Origin: Owenia fusiformis | Taxonomy: Eukaryota | Direction of reading: 5' to 3' | Assembly: GCA_903813345.2 (NCBI GenBank) | Contig: CAIIXF020000001.1 | Span: 16,926,001 to 16,990,000, forward strand | DNA length: 64,000 nucleotides | Shown: piece after piece, positions 12,211 to 24,200 of the stretch | How positions within the stretch are numbered: the first letter of the stretch is position 1 | How the letters are laid out: every line of letters starts with the position of its first letter | Position numbers and translations under genes: made by a program | Notes under the pieces: generated by a model | The model's input: the letters and a program-made list of their open reading frames with translations, nothing else | Databases searched by the model: none | What the model was told of the DNA's origin: nothing

Positions 12211-15200
12211 GTAAGTACCCTTTGTTGTCTCCATTTACATGTAAAGGAAAGTTCATGATATTGTCAATCTATAAATTAACCAAGAAATGCATCAATAGGT
12301 TTTATTCGCTAAATGTTTTACTTTTGATTTTAAGTTTACATGGATATCATGATGCAAGATTATTTCTATTTCAACTATCACACTTTTTAAAGTGCTATAT
12401 TTTCATCTTCTTGTCTTGATGGATGTGTATTCATGCATCTGTCTGGATGTGCCACAATGGCATCAATTGTGTCCTCAAAATTTGGGAAAACTGCTTATTA
12501 TTATTCAAAGGTCTAAAAACCTGCCACTAGGTAGTTACCAGTAGGCAGTTACCAGTTTCAGTCCTTTCTACGCCTGTTTTTCAATGTTTGATGCATCAAT
12601 ATGACTTCATTGTTGTGTTTGGACACATAGTTATCCTCTCGGAGAAATGCAAATGCTTTGGAATTAAAGTGGAAAACAATATTTCCCATGTTATTTTCCA
12701 AGAGGGAAAACTCATGAGATCCATTGTTGTCAGCTAAATTTCGGTCACCCATAATTGATATCTTTAAAACCCCTGATCGAAGGAATGCATTTTTCCTGTA
12801 AAGAGGATAACTGTGCCTCAAAACGCAACACATTGAAAATATGAGGACTATGTGTACTTTTCCTGTTAATGCATTAGCCTAACATAAGCACCTGTTTTAA
12901 TCCTCAGAAAACAGTCACATTATGACTGTTTAAAATATGTTCAAGTTGTGGTACTTCCGGTGCTCCTTTATGTGCGGAGTACTATAATAATATGAACTAT
13001 TATATTGGAGTCTTACAGGTTCATCTATTATAGGTGAGAAAGAAACAGCAAAGGCAAAAACAGATGAAGCTACAAATGTTGAGGGAAGTAACACAGAAAA
13101 GGAAACTGAATCAACAGGGGAAAGCATTGCACTGGATCTGAAAGGTATGTATACATGTGCAGGCCAGTAGCCAGGATTTGCCAGTTTTCAAAAATTACCA
13201 GGGGGAGGTTCACATCTGACAATTTTGGCCCAAATATGGCTAAAATCACTTGAGAAATGCTCAAAATGGTGAAAAACTGCATGATTTTGAAAAAAATTTT
13301 GTCCAGGGAGGGGGGGGGGCTACAGGCATGATGTGCATGTAATACTGATCAGATGAAAACTAAGCTACTACATTTACTTAGTAAATGGATAAACACAAGG
13401 AGCACACGCGTTTCGAACTCGCAACCTCGTGGTTACAGCATCTATAAGCCTAGCGTTAACCTGCTGGTGCTCAAGCCCTCTCTGCCAACTCAACAACCCA
13501 AAAAAGTTTGTTGCGTTAGTCGTGGAATAAAAAACACAGTTACAATTACACACAGTAATATAGTTGAGCAAAGCTCATTTGTTTAATGGTATATGACACA
13601 TCATTGATTAACCATGGTATCTCTTTCCTTCTTATATTAAGTCAGATAATGTGATCAGCATCAGAATGCTATATCATACTATTGTAGGTAGGTTACCCTG
13701 AGGGTTAGAGCTATTACATTGACTACTAGGCTCTAAATATAGGAGAAATAAATATTTAGTTTCGATACTGATAAACCTCAATGACCTCAAAAGTAGCTGC
13801 TGATTTGAAACTAGCAGTGATTCAAAAATGAGTTATGAAACATGAAGAGACAAACTCTTTGATTCATTTTCTCAAGATCCAATTGAATTGTAATATCATG
13901 ATAAGGGATCAATGCAATGTTTGATATTGGATAATTAACTTTATTCGGATAGTTAGGGGTGTCTTTTTGAGCGACAAATGTATATACTGTACCTGTAGTT
14001 AATTTTGGCGGAGATAGATTTTTAAATCCCTGACAATTTTGGTCACCTTTTTCGTCCAGTACTTTTTAAAATAAAAAAAATATTCTGAAAGTATTTGGGT
14101 AAATATTAAGGATATTTTAAATCTCATCTGATTTTCAATTTTTCTCTTTACATTATTAATCTGTATATGATATGTGTGTTTCAAAAATCTAGGTCATTGT
14201 CATGTTTCCAAGGTCAAATAAAAAAAAAAAAAATTATCTGTTTCAGTTGATAAATAAAAAATGATGATATTCCAGGTGTGGAAGTTACTAATGATGGAGC
14301 TCCAACTATCCCAACTGAGGCCCAAACTGCTGCTACCATTAGGGCCCCAACTGATGCTGTCAGTGAAGGCCCACCAACTCTCGAACCAATGGGTCAAGAT
14401 GATGTAAAGACGGGGGATATGAAACAACAAATTGAAGATAATCATAATATCCTAATGGCAGAAATAAAGGGTATTCAGTCATATTCATTACATGATGAAA
14501 AGAACAATTGCACAATAACTAATCTTCAATGCTGGTTTTAAAAGTCACTCTAAAGTGGCTGTGGTGATGTCGCGGTCACAAGGAAAAAACTCATATCTGA
14601 TTGGTTAAAATTCTGTTACCTGTATTTCATTTATATAGTGAAAAGAAATAACTTGAAAGTGATATGGTATAATAATTACTTGCCATGACGATATGAGGAA
14701 GGAAATATGAACCTACATAATTTATAACTCAATTTTAAGTCATTTGTAATGATTTTTCAGATGAAAGTAATACATCAGATACTACCATAAGATCAGATGA
14801 CACTGTGAAAGCTGAACCCATTGAGGAGCATACATCAGAGGAAAAGGGTATTGACCTGTCAAAAGAAGATTTTGATGCCACCCAGGCCCTAGAATGGAAC
14901 AATGGGATAGGAACCTTGCCTGGAAGTGACCTCAAGGTATAAAATTAATATATATACAGTATTGATAAAGAACAACCGGAAAGAGCATTTAAAAGGTGGA
15001 TGTCTTCAAAAGATAAGTTGACAAATACAGTAGAAAATGAACTTGGTAAAGGTTATATGTAATTGGATGTATGTCATTTTGTACATACTGAAACTTATGT
15101 TACCACCACAAATGGTGACCTACTGTTATAATATCCATTTTTTTATGGATGGTGTTCGGCATCCAGCATTTGTAACAAATGGCAGGTTGTGACATTTTGC

Positions 15201-18200
15201 ATGTTAATGATATTACTATGTTATTTTGATATTATAGTGTAGTGTAGCATCGAAAGTCAAGATATACCATGAACCTTTGTCTACATTTTTCTTTAGATAT
15301 CCAGATATGGTGATTACAGTAACATTGTCAGTTTCTTTCATATAAAATACAACCATTATGTATTGCTTTAACTAAGTAATTCTATAGTATACATACATGT
15401 CAATCTCTCATTGACTCTTAACTGATGTTATATTGTAAATAAATTATACATTTATTATGCCTTTGTAAATTTACCTTGTCATAAATCCGGTGTATATGTG
15501 GATTATGGACATTATTGTTCATATATAATAAATCAGCAAATTAGAAATACATGTAAAACCTGATGGAAGATGGAACGCCTCTGTAAGTGGAACACTTTAT
15601 AATCCTAAGACCAACTGACTTAATGTTAAATGAACCTCTATAAGTGGAACGCATTCCAAGTGGAACACTTTTTAGAGGAACCAAAGGTGTTCCACTTAGA
15701 CAGGTTTTACTGTATCTCGTTTATTTTATTGCAGTTTCGCATGAATGAATTTGGAGTGATGGAAATGATCACGGATGACCTATTTGGAGATTTAGATGAC
15801 CTTTCAAAGGATGACACTTCAGATAAAGTAGAAGGTATATTCTCTGTAGTACAACATGAAATATTGATTGACTCATAAATTAGCAAGGGGAACTAAGCTA
15901 AGAGTACCATGCCAAGTGGTTCAAGTGTTAAATGTGATATTTGAATATGTGTAAAATTGAAGTTTCAAAAAAGTGAAAAAATGTAAGTCAATTTCATACA
16001 CTACATTGAGAGGTTCTAGTTAATTAACCTTGTTGCACTTTGGTTTTAGAAAAGAGCCAAGGCAGTGCACAACTACCAGTTTCAAATGACAATGGTACGG
16101 TGACTGTCAAACAAGAATCAGGTCAGTTTTCTTTGAGACCATCTCTTGTATAAGATATCTCAGAACCAAGGTGGTCAAAAAACTGCGAACAAACTAGTTA
16201 AAATTGAATTATAGTCATTGTATAAGTTGTCATATTATTTTCCTACACAATGCTGAAAAAATGGGCCTGGCCCAGATCAAACCTAAGTGACTCATGTCCT
16301 CTAGGCCAGTGCCCTAAAAACTAAATGGAGCGTTGCACTTAAATTGAATATTTCATGATGTAAATCAAGATTATTTCTACTTGCATCTAGACTATTTGTT
16401 AGATTGATTGTCAGGTATCAGATATGCCAATCAACATAACTTTGGGTGATCCTTCCAATGATATATCACACTTGGTACCATGCATTTTGGTTTTAGCTGG
16501 AGAGGGAGGGGGCACTTATTTAAAACCCTCTGATCAACTTGTACTGAGTTTAGTATCAAACATGAATGTAAATTTATTTAGTTACCTGTGATAAGATATC
16601 GAACATATGAAGCTACACCTAATGAACTGTAACAGGCCTGATGGAGCGCTAAAGCACACATTAGTTTTTGATAAACACACACAAACGTTATAATACTTTT
16701 GATTCTTTTAATTGTCTCTATAATTTTACTGCTTATTCATTGATTACTTAATTGGCAAAATTCTTCTCTAGGGTCCAAGGTGGCTACATTGAAAGAGTTA
16801 GAACACATACAGAGTGATGATATCTGTCGATGCGAAAACTGTGGCATGTATGGAGTCGCAAGTGAGTTTTGCAGATCAGGCAGATTCTGTAGCCAATCAT
16901 GTGTTGGAGTTCATGCTAACAAGTAAGTAAAAGGTTTTATACCTTGTGCCTTAAATGTAGTTCTAGGGCTCAGTTGTTTTGGACTTTATAGAAGGGAAAT
17001 GTTTAAAAAATCTCCAGAAATCTTTATTTATGACAAATACAGGTACGAGTAAATGGTGCTAAAATGATATTAAAAATGTTGCACGTGTCTTCATAGGTAT
17101 TAATAGTTGATATATTTGTATCAAAAAAGATCTCCATTCACTTACGTTTGACTGTCTTTAGTGATGTCATAAATGAATGCAATATTGATGATTCCTTGCT
17201 TCAATAAGACAATGAAGCTAATGTAAGATATTGTAATATTTTTTTTATGTCACAATCAAGAAGTTGATCATGCATTCAGCATCTGTAACAAAGGGTTACT
17301 TTTTATGGTGTCACCATCAACAAGTGGTAATATATCTCCAATGGTGGTAGTTGGTGTTCGGCATTTGGTGTCTATAAGAACTGGGATCTGTAACAAATGA
17401 CAGGTGGTGACATTTTGTATGTCAATGCCTTGCTGCAACCAGATGCTAACATTTTGTCATTTTGAGTTAATGTCATGTTTAGAAATCCAATTTTGACCCT
17501 CCTCCTTTAACTTGATTATACCTTTATCTAACATTTAGTAATATAACTAATGGTTTTGTTAATGTCAGGATGAGTGTGCAAGCGAAGGTTGAGGCCAAAG
17601 TGAAGCACACTACGGCTGTTAAACCAGAGAGAGTTCCTGGACAAGTTGGGAGACCACCTAAAAAGAAACGCAAGCCCACAAGTGAAGGAGAAGTCAGAGA
17701 TAGCAAGATGGCCAGATTTAGTGATGATGCGGTGTATGAAAAGAAACCAGGTGAGAGACACCACTGCAGTTGATTAGGAAAATCAAATAACATACAAAAA
17801 TCTATATTAGTAAAACCTGTGTGTATTTTTGTCAGTGTTTGTTTAGTGTAGGTAGGTGTTCAGAAGTCAGTATACATGTTGTATGCGCATGTGGAGGAAG
17901 GGTGTCTACTAGGGACAGGTGTTCAATAGCAGGAGATGTTCACTAAGACAGTAACGGTAATTTGTAAAATGAATAGAGGAAAATCTTTAGAGTTGAAAAG
18001 ATGTCACTTTATTATAAATAGAAATGAAATATTTCAGGTAAAAAAGACAAGAAGTGGACTTGGGAGAAGTATTTAGAGCAGAGCAATGCTGTTGCAGCTC
18101 CTCATAAGTTATATGCACAGGTACTAGAATAGTATGTCTTGCTGCAGTTGACTTTTCTTATGTTAATTTCTGCTTGTTTCAAGATGAGGGTAGTTGGAAA

Positions 18201-21200
18201 GATTTTTCTGCGTTGGTTGGAATTTGGGGGATTTTGCCTTTGCTTAGATTTATGTATTGAAGCAAAAATGTATGCTACACCAATATATGTGTAACAACTA
18301 TTTGATATAAATTCCAGGGCATTCCTACAAATAAAAATGGTTTCAAAGTTGGAATGAAACTAGAAGCAATAGATCCGAAACACCCATCACTTTATTGTGT
18401 TGTCACAGTGGCAGAAATTATGGGATATAGAGTGCGTCTCCATTTTGATGGCTACAGCGAGTGCTATGACTTCTGGGTATGTGCCTCTTCTGAGGAAATA
18501 TTTCCCGTTGGTTGGGCAGAAGAAAACGGCAAAACTTTACAACCTCCAAAAGGTAAGTTATTTTGAAATGATTTTGATTGGTGTGTTTTATGTGTGAGTT
18601 ATTTGTAGGTAAATTCTGAATCTAGCATTGTGAAATGTATATAACATTTAATTACGTTAAAGGCAGAATCAGTTTCACATGACAAAATTGCCCCACCCCC
18701 CTTACCAAAAGCTGGCTACGGCATCTTTGGGGATTTTTTCAGAAAACAGACATGACAAGGAATAATATAAGCAAAAAGTATTCTAAAATTGAAACAATTC
18801 TGTTAAGCTCGCTCGCTAGATCTGATTCTCTCTTTAATTTATATTTATATTAATTAATTAAATGAATTATGACAACTGTTTCCCATGTCTACCTCATGAA
18901 TGTACTGTTCTTTACTTTATGACACCAAAAGGCTGTGGTAAGTTTGCAATATTTGGCGTAATATGCTTAATTTGGTGAAATGGAATGCAAAGATAATGCA
19001 TGACAATAATGTGCACAATTATGTTTAATTTTTAATATTAATGTGTTTCTGATGGAGCTCCTTGGGATTACTTTCCCCTCTCTATTGTTGGTTAATACTA
19101 TAGTTTGGTCTAAACAGTGGCCATTATGCCCAATAAGGGCCATGTAGAATGGTGGATAGATCCCTGGGGGACATCCAATGATGGTGTACATTCTCTCCCT
19201 TCCTTGATTACTGTATTGCAGGATATCATGAAAATGTTGATGTCCTATTTATATAAATAACTAAGGCTCATACTGTAAGGGAAAATAGGTTAATTGTAAG
19301 TTTAACTGCCCAATTTTTGGTGAACTTGTTTTTACTCTAAAATAAGTATAAGATAAATTGAATTGATGTCAAAACCTTAAATCCTAAATTAGGCAAAAAA
19401 GGTTTGTCCATGTTCAGATGAAGACATAGAAAACAATAATCTTGAAGTCCTTGGCTAAACTTACAATTAATCCTTAAGGGTCCAAAGCTTTATAACTTGC
19501 ATTTAGTATGGCAGTGGCTTCTGTTGGTGAATAGATATGACATATGTGCATGTAAGGTACATGTACATACATATAGATATACATATATTCTGTAGGCATG
19601 TTTTTTAATTACTGTACAAATTTTGCTTACACATAGTAGTATTAAAATGCTTCATGTTTTGGAGGATAAACTGATGCGATTTCAACGCAATATTTTTCAA
19701 GCGAGGTCCAAATGAGGTCTGACCTTATTACATGAGATAACTTTACAATGAATTTATTTTCAGTAAAAGTACTGAAGTCTGAAATACTTATACTTTGTTA
19801 TCATTTCTTAGTTGTTAAAAATATTGTAGGAAGACCATAACTGACATAAATGGTGGTCCAGTTTTCAGTTTTATAAATACAAGGCTTGCATTTAAAAAGG
19901 TGTTACATATTTTACATCCCTTGAAGATGTTTGGAAAATATGACTAAGAATTCAACTTTGCTTCTTGGCTTCATTTTGAATATACAAAGAACAAAAGGAC
20001 ATAATAAGTCAAGGTCATGCGACATAGTACATAGTACATAGTACACTGCATAATAGCTATTAAGAATTGAGTTTAGGCTTGCACTTGATTTATAAAATAA
20101 TGAGATTTATTTTTTCCGTTCGAGTGTATTTAATTATTATCTCCAAGTATAATGAATATATTCAACTGTTATTCAATGTCGGGATTTGTCTTGTGATTTA
20201 TAATAGAATTATATGTTTCAGGGTATACTGTAGAGACATTTGAATGGTCAAATTATATCAAACTGTCTAGGGGTGTTACAGCACCAAATAACCTCTTCAG
20301 CGTAACATACTCTACACCAGTGAGTACATTTTCATAATGTTGAAATATACATTCAACTTTGAAATGAGTGAGCCTCTTTATATTGTGTGTAAAACATGTT
20401 GCTCATTGGTAATATTGCTGAAAATTGTGCTTCTTCCAAAAAGTGGTGATATATCAGTATACATGGACGTAACCACAAATTTTAATTGAATTCATTTTGT
20501 GGTGTCATTTATGTGGTGGGATCAAAGGTCCATTTAAACTGCTTATCTGTTCAACTTGAAATTTCGACTGATGCAAGAGAAGACTATTTCCAAAATCTGA
20601 TTAGGTTTTGGGCATGCTGTATAAATTACATGGCAGCCATTTTCCTCCTTAAAGTGCAATATTTATTACAATGTGTCTTATTTTGACCAGGATGCAGCAT
20701 CACCATTCATCACATGTAACAAATGATTACATTTCCAAAATACTCTTACAGCCTGCTACACCACATGGGTTCAGAGCTGGGATGAAACTGGAGGCTGTTG
20801 ACAAGAAGAATACAATCTTAACATGTGTTGCTACTGTGGCTGATGTGAGAGGGGAACATATTCTCATTCATTTTGATGGCTGGGAGGACAATTATGACTA
20901 CTGGTGTGACCCAACCTCCCCATATATACATCCAGTAGGGTGGTGTCAGGAAAATGGAAAAGCATTGTCACCTCCAAATGGTAAGTTATAACCAGTAGGG
21001 GTGGTGTCAGGAAAATGGAAAAGCATTGTCACCTCCAAATGGTAAGTTATAACCAGTAGGGGCGGTTTTAGGAAAATGGGAAAGCCTTGTCACCTCCAAA
21101 TGGTAAGTTATAAATCTAGTGGGGTGGTGTTAGGAAAATGGAAAAGCATTGTCACCTCCAAATGGTAAGTTATAACCAGTAGGGGTGGTTTTAGGAAAAT

Positions 21201-24200
21201 GGGAAAGCCTTGTCACCTCCAAATGGTAAGTTATAAATCTAGTGGGGTGGTGTTAGGAAAATGGAAAAGCATTGTCACCTCCAAATGGTAAGTTATAACC
21301 AGTAGGGGTGGTTTTAGGAAAATGGGAAAGCCTTGTCACCTCCAAATGGTAAGTTATACATTCAGGGGGATGGTGTCATTTTAATGTAAACCTAAAAACA
21401 CCAACTTTATTCTTAATTCATTATTATTAGTTCTCTTGGTAGATACCCATTTTTCAAAAAGGGTTCCATTTGCACAATCTTCTTATTGGTTGATTAGGTG
21501 AGTATTTCATTCATATACAGGCCCATTGTTAGCTTTAATTTCATCAAGGAGGTCCTCTAATTCTTCAAGAGTCTAATGTTTCAGTTAAGAGTGAGATTTT
21601 GCCAATTTACCCTCAAAGTTCACAAGAAGTATGTTTTTCCAAATTTTACTTCACTTAAACATAACTACTGTACACTGTATTTTACGTTGTAGACTGGCCA
21701 GATATTGAAGGTTTCACTTGGGAGGAATACATGGAGCAGACCAGGTCTGCACCCGTCTCTCTACGGGCATTTAAACCTGTGAGTTGATACCAGTCTCTGT
21801 ATTAAAAAAAACTTGGACAGTATACTTTACTTGTGCTATCTATTTTCAGTCCCATTTACAAGTCAATATTGCATTGATAGTTGATACAATCAACATCTCA
21901 CTTAAACTTACTTTGTCATTTATCTACAAAAGCCTTCATGTGAAAGTATAGATTTTTTAGATACAGTACAATACAGACTTTTGTAAAAATGAAAATCATT
22001 GATGCTGAATTGAAACAACAATTATTTTTCAATGACTACCCAAAACTATTTCAACTGTGTATATCATGTACACATATTTGCTGTGAACCTTTATGTTCAA
22101 GTAAATGAATAAATTGAACTCGCTTTTGCTTCAGAGGCCACCCGTAGAATGGGAGGTTGATATGAGATTAGAGGCAGTAGACAAACGCAATCCTATCCTT
22201 ATACGTGCTGGTAGAGTTGCAGAGAAAGATGGCCACCAAATCAAGATCCATTTTGACGGCTGGCTACCAGATTACGATTTCTGGGTCGATGACGATTCTG
22301 TTGATGTTTTCCCATGTGGGTGGTGTAGTAAGACTGGCCATCAACTCCAACCACCATTCTGTGAGTACAATAGAGTCCACTTACGAATTATCTTGCTTTA
22401 TCCAGTTAAGAATACAGTGAAACCTGTCTAAGTGGAACACCTTTGGTACTTCTAATAAGTGTTCCACTTGGGAGGTGTTAAACCTAAAGAAGTTCATTTA
22501 ACATTAAGTCAGTTGGTCTTGGGATTCTAAAGTGTTCCACTAACAGAGGTGCTCCACTTCTTGATGTGTTCCACTCATAAAAGATTTCACTGTATTGTTT
22601 AATTGCAGTAGAAATTCATTAAGTATTCATTTGAAACAGGTTTTAATCAGGGAATTCATTAAGTTTAGACTTCTTAATCAATTGTCATGACCATTAATAT
22701 CATGTCTTGTGTGTATTTCTTTCACTAGATGCTAGTGAGGTGCCACGTGCAGCCGTAGCAGGCCAATGTCCAACACTCGGCTGTAACGGAGTGGGACATG
22801 TCAAGGGTGCAAAATACACAGGTCACCATAGGTATGCTGCTTACTTAAGACATTTCAGTTTAAAAACACAAAATGAGGAGAAACATATATTGTTCAAAAT
22901 TGGAAGGATTTCAAATGTTATTCCTGTGTAATAAGAATGAATATCCGTTATTAATGTGCCTCTCACCTTTTCCTTATACAATGCCCTACATGAAGTTACA
23001 ATTGTTATGTCATCACCACAGTGGTGACATCTTGTTATAGTTTCTGACTTTTTTTGTGGTGGCAGTTGGTGTTTGGCATGTGGGGTATGTAACAAATGGT
23101 AGGTGGTGACATTTTGCATGTTGATGTCTTAATGTCTCATACTCAGTAAGGTCAGTGTTCATCATGAGATATTTAGAGTTTAGACCTTAGTCAAAGTATA
23201 GACCACATGCTATGTAACATGTTACGATAATCTGTTACCCAGATCAGAACTAACTGGACCGATGCTCATGTCACACCCTGTTAAGACCCATCTAGAAGTG
23301 AGAGAGAGTTAGAGATACCCAGTGCAAAATTTCTCACAGTCTCAAACAGATTCTTTAATAACAGTATGTTTTTTTTTCTACCTAGTACCTTTGGTTGTCC
23401 ATACTCCGCGTTGAACATGAACAAAGAAAATATTCTGGCAGACCGTTTGGGACCTACGAGAACTGATTCATATGAAGGAAGGCCAATAAAAAGTGAAGCA
23501 AACTCCCCAACTGACCAGAAATATGCGTAAGTATAACAATTGTGTACGTACTATGTTCTTTGAAATGAAATGAAGATCTTTTAACTGGATAAAGACTTGA
23601 TGGCCACATCAGTTTTCTGGATTTTCAATGTTACATAAAATACTCTTAGCAAGATCTTGATTTTGTCTAGCCTTTGATTTAAAACTAAATTAGCCTCTAT
23701 ATCCATTTTGAATTATGTTGTCAGAAAATGAAATTTGATAACATTCATTACACATTCAATTAAACATAAGAGGCCATGAAAGATCCATAAAGATCTTAGC
23801 AGTATCAAAACTGTAAAATTATCTGTAATAGTCAGAGGGTAGTGTATTAAGACAAATGTTAAAATTTGCATCAAGCACTTCACATTCAAATTTGCATCAA
23901 GCACTTCACATTTGCATCAAGCACACCACATTCAAATTTGCATCAAGCACTTCACATTCAAATTTGCATCAAGCACACCACATTCAAATTTGAATCAAGC
24001 ACTTCACATTCAAATTTGCATCAAGCACTTCACATTCAAATTTGCATCAAGCACTTCACATTCAAATTTGCATCAAGCACTTCACATTCAAATTTGCATC
24101 AAGCACTTCACATTCAAATTTGCATCAAGCACTTCACATTCTTTGTATTGAAGAGGGAATAAATGCTTCATTTGTGACTATTAAGATCTATGTCACCTGA

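Noticed and set aside
11849-12256. 135-aa Ser/Phe-rich minus-strand ORF
   Set aside because: Antisense shadow of the acidic l(3)mbt exon.
23862-24162. Regular short repeats and His/Phe-rich repetitive ORFs (CRISPR-like or repeat-protein-like)
   Set aside because: Head-to-tail 26-bp units with no unique spacers in a eukaryotic intron; the ORFs are by-products. The same applies to 20932-21358, 30590-30972 and 60240-61195.
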